From: Rhizodiscina lignyota
Taxonomy: Eukaryota
Reading direction: 5' to 3'
Length of the DNA: 64,000 bases
Assembly: GCA_010015805.1 (NCBI GenBank)
Contig: ML978121.1
Span: forward strand, 3,348,001 to 3,412,000
This document shows positions 1 through 12,970 of the stretch, one piece after another; positions within the stretch are counted from its first letter, which is position 1; every line of letters begins with the position of its first letter. The translations under genes and the position numbers were made by a program. The notes under the pieces were generated by a model. That model did no database searches. It worked only from the letters and a program-made list of their open reading frames with translations, and had not been told where the DNA came from.

Positions 1-2708
1 TGGTGACAATCGCCACCGCGCCCTTCACAACGCGCTCCAGAGACGGAAGGTGGGGTGCGAGTCATTCAGAGACAAAGATTAGGATTTGGACGATATAGTA
101 TGTGCTAGTTTGGAAAAGAATCCGCAAAACATCTGATCGGAAGGACGTTCTTGAGGCTCGAAGACGACGAGTCGCACAACCACGATGATTGAGAATGACA
201 GATTCGCGACGGAGCAGAAATTCGAATATGGTTAGAGAGCGCACCGTTCTCTAGCCCTTCTTGGCCGGGAATACACTGCCGTGATGCGTAAAGATTGGTA
301 GTCTGTGCCTTATTGCGGGCACTAAAATCTGACTTAGCAGCGTACAGAAAGCAGGCTTCTCGACGGCCATCAACGTCGAATTGATCGTGGCACGAGACAT
401 GCAGCATCACCACGGTAACATCCCCCTTCTTTTGGGGGCTGACGAGCGCTTTCGGGAAATATCGTCTGCATCACAAGCGTTTCGAGTGGGCGAGAGGCAT
501 GAATCTCGCTCAAGCGACGCTCCTGCAGCAGATCAGCCGTCGATACAGCAGCGATGGACACGGCGAACTCCAGAAGCCCATGCTGCAGAGGCGAAAAGGC
601 AGTGGGCGAGCGTGTGAGCGTCTTGTGAAATCGCGCCCTGGTCTTTTGGCCCCACGATGGGGGCGACAGCAGTGCTGTGTTATTGGCACGCCGAGAGCTC
701 GACGCCGGGCCGTTAGAACAACGACATGAACCCGACCCCCTCCATCACCACCTACCCTGCTATCCAGGTAACCGCTTTTGTGGCGCCGTCCAGAGAGCTT
801 CCACTCTCGTGGAGCCTCTCCATTCTCCAATGGCGCACGACCATCCACCGCCTTTTTGATGCCCGCTGTGCTGCCGCCCCATTCGTCTCTACCCGAACTG
901 CCGCTCGTATCTGATGCACATCTGGAGTTGGACGACCGTCTTGCACTCTTCGGCGCGCCCTCCGCCCGCGCCTCTGTGCAATTGGCGGATGCTAATCCGA
1001 CACAATGCGCTGTGCCCTCTCCCGAACCCGATGTAGCGACGAAGGGCACGCGTGCTGGCCGATTGTGGCCGTTTGCAAGTTGCGCCCCGAAAAGCACTTC
1101 GCAATCGCATGTACTCACGCACCCTGCTGCTCTTCTGGGACTGGCCGCTCTTTGTCACAGCCAGCGACAAGCGAGGCGTGCAAGGTCGTGCTCCTGCGAG
1201 ATGCGCCGTCAACTCAATTCCTGCTCGACGCGGCACAAGGCTGATAGGGGTGCTGCCACTCTGGTCTGCCTGCGAAATGTACGGCGGCTCGAAAGACTTC
1301 AGCCGAGACCTGTGTCCTGGGATGTCGTGGATGTACGTACCAGGGAGCGAGGGGAGTGCCATGGTCGGGGGACCAGACAGCAGCCATGGACATCAGAGGA
1401 GGCCGAAACGCAGCCGGGTGCGCACGAGGCAGTTTGAGCGCGTGCGAGCATGGGAGCGCGCGCGACGAGTGCTGTTGCCGTATGTACTGTGCTCCCTGAG
1501 GGGAGGTATCCGGGCGGGCATTGCGTGTGCATGATGGCGAACGGGCGGCGCATGGAGGGCATGGAGCACCAAAGGCCCTCATACGACGGAGGGCGAGTAC
1601 ATGTCGACCGCAAATCTCCTGTACCGCGCACGTTACGGAGTAGCGCGAGCAGCAGCCTCCCCGTATTCGCCATTACTTACACGCTCCACTGCGCTGTGGC
1701 CGGGCATCCCCAGCATGGCAGCCCTGCGCATCACCATCTGCTCTCCCGCGTGCCTCGTAGGGTTGAGCTGGCATCTCGAAAGTCTCTAACGCTGCCACTA
1801 AAGGTACATCACAGCATCTGCTTCGTGCGGCACGTCTGCGAAGCAGAGCAATGCCGCTTCATTCCCATTTTGCCCCTTCGTCTCGCCTTAACCTTCATGT
1901 GCATCTCGTGCCCTTGCTCGCTCAGTCAGTCACCGTCCTGGTTGTCGCTGCAACTGCCTACTCCCGCCTTGTCCGCTCGCCTATGAAGCCTTTCCTGGGG
2001 CGTGTCCATCTCCATTTTCCGGGTTGGACGCTGCTGGCACAGGAGGGACCGTGCAACTATAAGTTTGAGCGTTGCGCATCATCATCACTTCGCCTCGGCT
2101 CACAAGCTTGACCACCGCACCCTCTCATCCACACATCACGCCCAAGGTCACGGAAGTACCATAGCGAGTCAGGATCTCGACGACACGCCCGTATTCCTGG
2201 CAAGCCTCGAAAGCGCCATCGTGCACATCATTACGCTCACATCGGACTCCTCATCAGGGTACCGTAGCATTCGGTGGCATACAACAATTACCGGCGCCAC
2301 GAAGTCGCTCAACGGTGCCTAGGCGATCTCGCGAGCCGTTGGCACCACTGCACCAGTCGTTTTGGCTGACAGGACCCTGACGACCCAGCGCTGAGGTTTC
2401 TAGGATTCTCGACTGCTCGCTCCCGTCCATTGTAGCCCCAGGCCCCACGTCTCACCGTCCGTGGGAACCTCTAATAAGCACTCTGTTCAGCCCAACCAAC
2501 CTTCAATCAGAGCTCCAAACCCTCAGCCCTAAACGCCCTACCACTGAAGCTTTGCCTGGAGCCATTATCTTCACGCTGCGCAGCAACTTAAGCTTGATAG
2601 CTGCAGCGTTGCTACACTCGAGCATCTGGCTGAGCTAGGCCCCTACTTACTGCGTCACTCGTTGTGTGCACTCCACCCCTCTCACCACTCCCGAAATCAC
2701 ACGAGACA

Positions 2709-3986
2709 ATGGACTACACCTCATATTTCGCGGCCACGCCGCAAGCATTATCTTTTTTCGGCCTGCCACCGACACCTTCGTACGTGGATGATGGCAAGCT
2801 TCCAGATTCAGCAGTGGTAAGTCCTCCACCCCTCCATCCAAACAAGCTGACTCCGAAATGTCTTGCCTGGCCTCTGCAAAACCTGCTTCGCACTGTATGC
2901 TAATTCGCCTTTCACAGGACTCGGTCGACTCTGCGTTCTTCCCCCCATACGATACTTTCCGCTTCTCGTCAATACCCGCGCAAGCGCAAAACCACACACC
3001 CCACACTCAGACGTCACCCTTAATCACCACCTCCGCGGGCACGACCGGCGCGCCAGATGCCTCACCTACGTCTCTCGGGCCGTCTGTTATGCCTCCTGTC
3101 GGCAGTGTCGACAGTGGACTGGGGATGGACAGTCTGGGCGGTATGGGCACAGATCCCGATAATCAAGGTCGCACGAGAAGTAGTAGCGAAGAGAAGGAGA
3201 CCCTGACCCCCGCACAAAGCAGACGCAAGGCACAGAACAGAGCAGCGTAAGTCTTCTCCTAGCTATATCGACATGGCTTTTCCTGATATACACCTCAGGC
3301 AACGGGCTTTCCGAGAGCGAAAAGAACGTCATGTACGGGACCTGGAAGCAAAACTTTCTGCCCTCGAATCCTCTGCAACTTCTCTGGCTACCGACAACGA
3401 GCGTCTCAAACTTGCACTTCAACGTGCGACCACTGAAAACGAAATCCTACGAGCTACTACGTCAAACGCGCATCGTCTATCACTGGGCAGCATGGACGGC
3501 TCAGAGAGCAACATGCGAACTCTTGGCGGCGTTGTCGGTGCTGGCATGGGACTACAGTCTGAGACTAGCGCAGGCAATGCGGTAGCGGCCGCACAAGCAT
3601 TACTTGCGCGCAGCGAGTCCACTTCTGGGCCCAACTCTGGCGACGCAAACCACGATACGTCATCATCACTCGAGAATGGTTCCATCGACCCATCCAACCT
3701 CGGAACAGGGGCAATTCCGACCAACCCACTTCTCAACGGTAACCCTGTCAACCACTACTCACCCACCGCGGCTCAAAGAAGCTCCGCACTTTTACACGCT
3801 GCTCAGACATGGGACCTCATCCAAGCGCACCCACTAGTGAAGCAAGGGGTCGTCGACATTGCTGATGTCTGCGAAGCTCTTCGAGGAACTGCGCGGTGCG
3901 ATGGTCACGGCCCTGTCTTCAGAGAAGAGAGCGTATGGAGAGCGGTTGAAGGCGCACGGCGAGGGGGAGGCGACGAGCTCATTTAG
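2709..3986 (+). CDS. AP-1-like bZIP transcription factor (Yap3/Fcr3-like), 374 aa
   Basis: Exons 2709-2816, 2918-3246 and 3299-3986 (GTAAGT..CAG introns; spliced length 1125 nt). Basic region RRKAQNRAAQRAFRERK plus leucine zipper. C-terminal TWDLIQAHP..DIADVCEALRGTARCDG domain typical of Yap-family proteins. Confidence 0.9.
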
Positions 3987-6900
3987 TCCCTTTTGGGATT
4001 AGACTACGAAGTTCCAACATCTATTGGTTCGCGAAGGGTGAATCAGAGAACATATTGTCAATTGCATGTATAGCCACGGAGTTGGAGGATCAATCTTTTT
4101 CGCGCATTGGGCTCAGAATGGGGACCAATTACCGCTGGCAGATGCACCGAGCGGTCTTCGCACGCATATCTTCTGATTCTCACGAAGGATGACAGAGCTG
4201 TTGTCCAGACAGGCACAGCCGTTTGAGATGTACGATTTATGGTAGTCATGTGTCTTACCTGCTTCTACCAATACGACAGGGCGCACTCTGCTGCTGCCCC
4301 GTTCAGTGGAAATCCGCCCCCCATCTTCGCTCCTAATTCTCGCAGACTCGTGCTTCGCTATAACCAGCGGACACTGTACGTCCGTCGTCCACTCCACTGC
4401 AGTCTCAAGTGCTCCAAGACAAGACCCGCTCTCACGCCCCTTTATTCCGCCTCTAATGATGACGTAGCAACTAGCCTCTCACTAGATCGTGGCATTTTGG
4501 AATCAGATTGATTAATTGTCGTTCGACAGCAACGCAGCTCCACCTGGAGTTGGCAGTTGAGAGTTGAGCCGGCTTACCCTCGCGATGGCAACTTCCGTAT
4601 AACGACGAATCTAATGCAAAAAGCATCCCCACTCCCAAAGCGCCGAACCGTTTCTTCTGCTTCCAGCGCCATGTTTCTCATGGAATCCTTCGCGCACGTT
4701 GTCTTGCTCGTCCGCACACACAACCTGTAATCCTGCAATTATGGTCGTCAATCAGCATTTGGCATGCTGCAGACCCGGAAACTCCATTTGCTGGCGCTTC
4801 AAATATGCTTCTTCTAGCCTCAGACCCGCTGAACGATTAGACGTCGAATTCTCCGTACGTGCCTTCCCGGACCGCGAGTCGTACCGGTATCGGCACGCCT
4901 TCCGAACGGTGTGGTAAAATTGCTCGCCCACAGCCGACCCAAACTCGTGCCGATTCTTCTTCTGCTCCTCCTCACCTCATCTTGTCCCCTCATTTTCTTC
5001 TCTCAATCTTCATCATGCACACTCCCAAAATCAGATCCAGATAAGATCTCCACTTCCCCTCTCAGAGAGGAAGGACGCTATAGCCGTACACCGCAAATCT
5101 TCGTCAACCTGGGCTTACACATATGCCATCCCATGCACCGTCTCACTAGCGCGCTCCAAGGAACTTTCTAAAGTCCTTCTACGCGCTTCGCTCCGCGCTG
5201 GCATAGATACATCTGCCCTGTACCTAGTCCGGGGCCCTTGTGTTTATCAAATTTCTCGACATGACTTGTCAACGCCCGCCAGAGCGGCTATGTCCGCTTT
5301 GCGTCGCGCAATCCCATATCCATATTGTGATATGGTGATGCTTCGTACCTCGAGCAGACTTGGCGACGCGGCCGAAAGAAGTAATCACCAAACTCGGTTT
5401 TTGAAACTTGGAGCATTAGTAGCTCGCAGTCCCATATGACCGCTGTACGAAGGATGCCCCTCCTTGCCCCGGGCCCGTACAGAGATGTAGAAGAAAGCCA
5501 CTTTATTCCCGCGAAGTACCAGATCGACGATACACATACTGCATACGTCGCCGTGCAGAAGCTGCATCTGCTCTGCTCGACGCGCCGTGCCCCTCCCCCT
5601 CCATCCACCACCACCCTGCTGAACCCTTTCCCGCCTCTATCCAATCTCCAATCCCCAAGGCCCTATCCGACCGGTACAAAACCAACCCCAGCGCCAACCG
5701 GCGCCCGATGACGCCTCAAAGGATTGGCTCGTCCGGCCCTGGCCCAGACCACGGTCCGTCCAAGTAGTCGTGCCGGCGCGACCACTGACAGCCGGGGAAA
5801 GGGACCTGTGACATCCGCCACCGAGGACAGCGCTGTATCTTCGTTCAGGAAAGCGCAAATGGCTGCTAATGCAACACCTTTGCACGCGCTGGCCAACGAA
5901 GATCGCGGGCCGCTAATCTGTCTAAAGTCCGACTTTTAGGACGCAAGACGATTGCGGGCATGGATAAGAGCGAGCTATTTTCCATTGGCGAGGAACTACG
6001 AATTTGATATTTCGTCATGACTTGGACACTCATTGAACGAGAATGAGTTCGTACGTGATATACTACATAACGGTCCCAGCGGCGTAAGCTTTGAACCACG
6101 TCGAGACCATTTTGAACAGCGGGGGGCGGGTGAAAGTGGGTCTATTCTAGCCTCGTAGGGCAGAGGCGAGGTGACAGCTTTAACATGAGAAAAAGGCAAA
6201 TCCGATCTGCGGGTAAAAGAGAGCAAATTCAATCGGGAACTTAAAACAATGATCCATACTCGCGGTTCACCTGAAGCAGCACGGCCATCGAGACAATTCA
6301 TCCAAAGGAGTCCAAACCCGGCAACAACCTTTGTTGGTTCTAGCGGTGACAAGAAGAGCACCACCGCTAGGTAAAAGGAATCCGGCAATTGTGATAACAA
6401 TATTGTGGCTTGTTTCACCTTCAACCGGCGGATAGATCATAAATCGATGAATTCCATGAGCCTGGAACGAAGAGAATCCGTTCGAGCAGATACGACAATA
6501 TGAGAGTTCGTAAAGGCCTCAACGGAAGACAAACTGGTAACGTTGGCCGGACAAAGCTCCACTCGAATGCTACCTCAGAGGCGATGCGGATGCGGATCGG
6601 AGATTTACTGAAGCCCAAAGTCCGCTACGGCTGTAACTCACTTTAGAGTCGGTTGGTCTTATGTAGAATGACGCCGTATACTCAGTTGAAGCTTTGAGCC
6701 ATCGATGAAGCCATCTGAGACCATTCTAACGCCGAATGTATCGATATGTGCTATCCATGTGCATCCCAAAAGCTGTGCTGGTTATCGGTGCCTAGCGTCT
6801 GGTGATTAGCTTCCAGCGCCTAAGGAGGATTGCGCAAGATTGGTCGCAATCAAAAGAGGAGAATGCAGTAGTGATGATCCAGGGTACATGCAGCTAAAGG

Positions 6901-8060
6901 CGTGACGTTGCTGACATGGGCGGCGGCCTTTGGCTGGGCAGACGGGGTAGCCAAGTGTCAGCACTGCGAAAAAGTGTATGAGGGGATTAGATAACTGGCA
7001 AAATGCCTTGAGTAAGCGGCCTCTGCCCGCCATCTGCAGAAAATGTGGGGCAAAGCAAGCTTTTGCCGGTGAGCAGGGTGCAGGGGTATTAACTGGCGAA
7101 AAATCGGAGATACTCCGGCTGATTGGTGGAGCTTTGGAAGGAGGGGTAATGTAGGCTTTTGGGCATTTGAGATGTGGACGACGAATGGGCGCGAGGAAGA
7201 GGAAAGAGGTTGAAAACAGTAAAGAGAACGAGCTGAACTGCAAAGTCGCCGTATCCCGGTGCCGTTTCCACAGAGCAATTAATATAGGAAAAAGAGCCGG
7301 TGCTACGGCTGCGAAGTCTGTGACAGCGTGCTTACTGATGGCATTGGCATGTGTCTGTGGAGATATCGTATAGCCTGTCCCACGATGAACCTTATTCTGG
7401 AAAAGACACATTGAGACTTAATGGGCTGATTTCCTAGACGCTGCAATTGACACGACTCATCCCGTTCCAACTCGACGAGGGAACAGGCTCGGGATAAGTA
7501 TGGAATCCCTGCCCATCTCGCTTTAATGTTCAACGAGGCTTGCCCCACATGCAAGTGGGAGCCGTTCAGGGTCCGATGCTCCCGAATTCGGGGCCGCCAC
7601 ACCAGGCGTCCAAGAAAGGGTCCTGAAGGCGGCTGTGGAGGCGGCCAGAGCCGGGCAGCTGGAATCGTGGCGCTTACTTTCCGTGGTAGATATACACAAG
7701 TCGATGCTGCACGTCAGATCTCGACGAGATTTCGGTGGCGAAACCGAATGCCCATGTCAAGGACGTTGTGAGTTTCCAGGGCACTTGCGGCTCTTTTCGC
7801 TGGGCGACATCTGTTCTCCTGAATATGCGCCCGAGTCCCTACCCATATGTCCGCGTGGATATTCGTGTAACGTCGGCAATAAAGATACGACACATGCAGG
7901 AGTGGAGCACGGTCCGTTGCATTGCGTTGCAAATCAGGGCGAGGCAAGGCGAGGCAGGGCTCGATTGCGAGATGCTGTAGATTATTGCCCAAAGCCCATG
8001 TCGGCTCGCCTGTCCAGAGTTGAGTTGTCTTTCTTGCAATTGACGCCCGAATGAGGCGCT

Positions 8061-9042
8061 TCAATCCCAATCGCTGTCTTCGTCGTCCCCAGAGACGGCC
8101 CGCCCGACGGTTCCTTCTCGTATGGAGCGGTTCGGCCTTATATCATCATGGCCTGATGGACGCGAGAGACGAGAATCGGTACTCTGAATGGCTCCGACTT
8201 CGACTAGAATTTTTGAGAAATCTGCAACCAGTTAGACTCAGGCGTGAATGCAGCTTGGCGAAGCGAAGGGGGGTGCAACGAGGTGATAAACGGAAAGATT
8301 ATCAGATGTGTGGCTTGTCTCGGCCGATACAATACGAAAGTGCGACGTAAGCAAAAGTCATGAGGCGACCTACCCTCTACTTTGGTTCCGACACCATTGA
8401 GCTCCTTCAGAGTGACAATTTGCTTCTTGATGTCTCCGTCTTTATAGACGAGTATTGTCGGACAGTTTCGCTCCGGATAGCCTTCAATGCACAGGTCGGC
8501 CCTCATCTGACAGAATTTGACATCTCCAAATTTTGCCGCAAGCTGACGCCAGGCCTCGATCGCCACATGCGATTCAGTGTTCCCATCCGACGGAGCCGTG
8601 AGCAGCACGAAGATAAACGCCTTCTGTGAAGCCTCGGTCACGTCGCGCGAATAGTCTGGCTTCTGCAGGTGGTAGACCTGATTGAAGACGCTCGCCTGTG
8701 AGATGTGCGATAGTTCAGCGAAGCGCTTCTTTTTGTACTCGTTCAAAAACTCCTCATCCTCTTCATCTTCGAGCTCTGCAAGTTCGTCGAGGTCTTTCCC
8801 CTCAAGTCTGTTCTCATGCGCAAGTCTTCGAGCTTCAGTGAGAGCTTCCTCGATAATGGGTGTTGGCGAGGGGGGTTTCTCTGGAATAATTTTGTGCTTG
8901 CGAAGGATATCGTTCCTGAAATCCGAGACTCAGTTTTCTAATTCTTGCCTGGCGTCATGCTGGGGAAGAGAGGGAACTACCATTCAGTGTCTGCGTTGGG
9001 GTCATCGACTGGAACGTTGATAGGGATATCTGGAGGGTTCAT
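8061..9042 (-). CDS. PLP2: Phosducin-like protein 2 (PhLP2/VIAF1 family CCT co-chaperone), 254 aa
   Basis: Exons 9042-8981, 8915-8374 and 8221-8061. Motifs DPNADTEWNDILRKH, acidic ELEDEEDEEFLNEY, KFGDVKF and CIEGYPERNCPTILVYKDG. Confidence 0.93.
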
Positions 9043-9639
9043 TGCTGCGGTTTTCTCTTGTATTCCAGGTTAGATTCGCTGGAGGTCTATTCAAGAGTGT
9101 TGTCGGGAATATGGGAGAGTAAGACTTGGGGCGTCGAAGGATTTAAATACAGCTTGTTGCCTCAGAAAATTCCCTGTGAGCTTGACGCGTTGCCGGCAAG
9201 TTCCGAAGGCATTCGCGCGACTACTTCAAGGCTTCCCCCTTCTTCAGACTACACGCGGAAGAATCGAGCTATTCTGGAATATAGGCTGCAAATTGCGCCG
9301 TATGGCCTTTGTTACATCTTACTTGGCTGCGTAGCACAGCCAATGTATGACGATTTGCCTCCCTTTGCGAGCCGAGCACATGATACTCACAACCATCTTG
9401 CCGTTCTCATAAGTACTTGAGTAGCTGTGGTCCCTGAAGATCAATCATGCACCCCACGTCAACTTCTCATAAAAAATGCCTGTGACGCCGTTTGCCCGAG
9501 GCATGCCTCGGATCGAGTTCAGCTCATATATAAACAATCAATTGCCTTCTGGCTAGTTTCCTCATATCGTCTAAGTCTTTATCTGCCTTGCTGGTCAAGC
9601 CACTACTCCACTGCCCCGCTCTAATATAGCTTCCCCGCC

Positions 9640-10872
9640 ATGTCCGTCATGAACGGCTCTTCTACAACGTCCAACGGCGTATCACGTCCAACATCAGATA
9701 ACACTGTATCAGAGATGCAAGAAGCAGAGAACGAGTATTTCACCGGCAACCCTCCACCCTCCGGGCTAGCCTCACACCTCACCCTTACTCGTGCCTTCAT
9801 CTCCGCCCATGTCTCCAACCCTTCGACGCGCCTCGTCCTCGTCACCTCCGGCGGCACCACGGTCCCTCTGGAGAACCAAACGGTCCGCTACATCGACAAC
9901 TTCTCCGCCGGTACGCGTGGTGCCTGTTCGGCAGAGTATTTCCTCGAAGCCGGATATGCGGTGATCTTCTTGCATCGGCAGTTCAGCTTGCTTCCGTACT
10001 CGCGACATTATTCCCATAACACGCGGAGCTTTCTGGATTACATGCGAGAAGACGATAATGGGGAGGTGGTCGTGGAGCCGGAACACCAGGAGCTGATGCG
10101 CGAGCGGCTGAGGCAGTACAACAAAGCGAAGCGGGAGAACAAACTCTTGATTCTCAGCTTCGTGACCATCACAGAGTATCTGTGGGAGCTCCGAGAAGTA
10201 GCAAAGCTTATGCGTCCACTGGGTAGTCGAGCACTGTTCTACCTCGCGGCGGCAGTGAGCGACTTCTTTGTGCCCGCAGATCGTATGGTAGAGCACAAGA
10301 TCCAGAGCGGCGAGGAGTTTCAGGAGAAGGCCGACGCAGACGGCAATGGAGCAGTGAAGAAGCCTGCGGCAAGAACCGAGGGCAAGAGCTTGGTCATTGA
10401 TCTCGAGCCTGTGCCGAAATTCCTGAAGCAATTGGTTGATGGATGGGCGCCGGAAGGCATGATTGTGAGCTTTAAGCTTGAAACAGACCCTTCGCTACTG
10501 GTCAGGAAGGCAAAGCACGCGCTCAAGAAATATGCACACCACTTGGTTATCGGGAATCTCCTCACTACAAGAAAGTGGGAGGTTGTGTTCGTGAGCGCGG
10601 ACGAGGACAAGTGGATTCGCGTGCCCAAGGCGAGACGGACCAAGAGTATTAGTGGAAAACTCAATCTTGTTGGATGGGCCGAGGGGCACAAGAAGGAGGC
10701 TGAGACAGCAGTGGAAGATGAGGAGAGCCATGAGCAGGACGAGGGAGACCATGATCATGACTTTCACGGAGAACCAGCGATCGAGATCGAGAGCTTGATC
10801 ATCCCGCAGATCGCAGAAATGCACCGGAACCTCATGGAGAGCGGGCGCGCAACTATGAGCAAGCGCACATGA
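9640..10872 (+). CDS. CAB2: Phosphopantothenate-cysteine ligase (PPCS, CoA biosynthesis)
   Basis: Single-exon 410-aa ORF with LVTSGGTTVPLE, VRYIDNFSAGTRGA, YLAAAVSDF and VSFKLETD. Confidence 0.96.
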   Translation: MSVMNGSSTTSNGVSRPTSDNTVSEMQEAENEYFTGNPPPSGLASHLTLTRAFISAHVSNPSTRLVLVTSGGTTVPLENQTVRYIDNFSAGTRGACSAEYFLEAGYAVIFLHRQFSLLPYSRHYSHNTRSFLDYMREDDNGEVVVEPEHQELMRERLRQYNKAKRENKLLILSFVTITEYLWELREVAKLMRPLGSRALFYLAAAVSDFFVPADRMVEHKIQSGEEFQEKADADGNGAVKKPAARTEGKSLVIDLEPVPKFLKQLVDGWAPEGMIVSFKLETDPSLLVRKAKHALKKYAHHLVIGNLLTTRKWEVVFVSADEDKWIRVPKARRTKSISGKLNLVGWAEGHKKEAETAVEDEESHEQDEGDHDHDFHGEPAIEIESLIIPQIAEMHRNLMESGRATMSKRT

Positions 10873-10942
10873 TCGAATACACCGGCGTGAATGGAGTTAT
10901 GAGTATCCGACTATATACATTACGATTACTTTGTTAACCTGT

Positions 10943-11110
10943 CGATACCCCCAGTAACATCGGCGAAGCAACTGTTCCGGCAATTACAATATGATACGCC
11001 ATTGAGCACTGGTATGCCGTATCTTCTCGATACCCCTAACATCAGCGAAGCAACCGTTCCGGAAATTACAATATGATACGCCATTGGGCACTAGTATGCC
11101 TTATCTTCTC
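10943..11110. repeat. 82-bp tandem duplication covering the last 14 codons, stop codon and proximal 3' UTR of the MFS gene
   Basis: Copies ~10943-11028 and 11029-11110 share AATTACAATATGATACGCCATTG..CACT.GTATGCC.TATCTTCTC. Confidence 0.92.
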
Positions 11111-12716
11111 ACCGAAGATACTCAGCGGAATGGCCAGCGCCATGATGAAGAGGAAGATTGCCGCCTGCGTCCAGAAGCTGGCTACATAGCCGACCTCTGT
11201 CACCCACGGCACTACTCCCCACAAGAATCCGAAAGCGACGATGTTCTTCAAGCCGTTTACCAAGAGGAGCGCGTCGGGAGCGACAGGGAAGTAAGAGTCG
11301 CTCACATACGTCATGCCTATGACTGGGACCTGGATTGTATATAAGCTTAGATCTAGAGCATTTAGAGTCGGAGTTGGAAATGACATACCGCTGTAAGACC
11401 AACCGACACCATCCCATAGCCGAAGAACAGTGACGTCCAGTGCAATGTCCTCTCAACACCATAGCCGAACAGTATGCATCCTGCAGGCACTATGATCGTC
11501 GGGATGATCAACATGAATAGGCGGGTCTCAGGTTGAAAGACACCATTGTTCTTCTTTGCGCGCCAGTCGGAGTAGCGATCGACAACCCAGCCGCTGGTGA
11601 AGGCGCCAAACAGGTTTCCAAGCAATCCCGGGATGTTGATCAGCCCATTAATGCTCGGTTTCCAGTTGTACGGCGGCGCTTGGAGGATGAAAGAGTTGAG
11701 GATGTTGATAGCCGCTACCCAAGCAAGGCTCACAGCATAACCCAAGAACGCAAACATGACTGCTGGGTACGCAAGCATTGGCAAAGGTCGCACAAACATC
11801 TCGAACAGGTTTGTGTCCTTTGCAGTGCCAGACCACAGGCTGAGCTCTTGTAGCCAGGTCTTCTTGGGCAGTTGGTCAACCTGAGTTTCGAAATTAGCTT
11901 TGTGGTAGTGGTGGTGGTGGTCTTCTCTTTATATACCTCTTTGTCTAAAGCGCTAGGAAGTGCTAGATCGGATTCCGTGGTCGCCAAGGGCATGCTGCTT
12001 CGATCATAACGCGTCTCGGGCACGAAGAGGACCACAGCAACGAAATTTATTGCCGTCAGAATCACAGAAATCCACTTGTGCCATCTCCAGGTCGCGCCGG
12101 TAATGACGAAACCACAGATGAGGGGGCCAATGGTGTTTCCGCCGCTGATGAAGTTCATGTAGATTCCCATCTTGGAAGATCTCTCGTGGAGGAAGTATAA
12201 GTCGTTGACCATTGCAGCACCGAGCGCCTCAGTGGAGCTGCCCGCAAATGCGGCGATGATGGTCGACCATAGCAGGGAGCGGAAAGACGTAGCTACGGCA
12301 CCCCAAATGTCGCATAGGCAAAGTAGCAAGCTCGCGAAGCAGAAGATTGGTCGCTTCCCGAAATAGTTGGCCATTGGCACCCAGAAGAAGTTGAACACAC
12401 CGAGGACGAGAATGGGCCAGAGAAGTAGATCAGATGTTTCGGTCAGGGACTTGTTGAACTGGATACTCAGGATGTAGAATGCCGGTGCGAGTCCTCCGAT
12501 GGCGAAGTTGGTAAGGAAAGTGAAGGCACAGATGCTCATGAAGCAGACATGCTTTTTCCATCGTGGCCAGCGGAGGGGGTCATTAGGATCGTTTTCAGAC
12601 GGATGAGGAACCAGGATAAGTTCTCCAATGCCATGGGGGTCGTTTGTCTTGCGGAGCTGGACCGTTCCTTCGGTAGCGTCGAGCTCGTGGAGATTCTTTA
12701 GGCGGAGGAGTGGCAT
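11066..12716 (-). CDS. Major facilitator superfamily transporter (DHA1/Hol1-like), ~511 aa
   Basis: Exons 12716-11937, 11880-11389 and 11329-11066. An extra 5' exon 12847-12767 (MPQDDGKK...) is possible. Motifs LVPHPSENDPNDPLRW, ANYFGKRP, DLYFLHERS, FVPET and PETRL; about 12 hydrophobic segments. Confidence 0.9.
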
Positions 12717-12914
12717 CGTGAGGCAGAGAGATTATTTAGACATTAAGATCGCAGAGAACAGTTCACCGTCGTGGAGTTGACAACCCAGGTCCAAAACCAA
12801 TCTGGTGACGAGCTTCCACTGCCCTTCTTGCCGTCGTCTTGAGGCATTTTAAATGGCGAGGATGGTGGAGGACAGGAAGGCAAGAAGTCGGGTAGAATCA
12901 CCCGAAAGCAACAA

Positions 12915-12970
12915 AGTATGTAGACGCAACGGAAGGAAGTATGTAGTATGTAGACACAACGGAAGGAAGG
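12915..12970. repeat. 30-bp tandem duplication upstream of the MFS gene
   Basis: AGTATGTAGAC(G/A)CAACGGAAGGAAG occurs twice, 30 bp apart. Confidence 0.8.

Noticed and set aside
1..65. Possible minus-strand start (MTRTPPSVSG...) running off the window
   Set aside because: Only 21 codons visible; cannot be supported.
370..2450. Many overlapping ORFs of 100-220 aa upstream of the bZIP gene
   Set aside because: Arg/Cys/Ser-rich, no motifs and no codon bias; expected in GC-rich promoter DNA.
5940..7411. Long weakly interrupted frames, possible pseudogene
   Set aside because: Stop density is not clearly below chance and no family is recognisable.
11881..11936. Apparent frameshift with a poly-Thr run in the MFS gene
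   Set aside because: It is a canonical 56-nt intron (GTATAT..GCTAAT..CAG) containing an (ACC)n microsatellite; splicing restores the frame.
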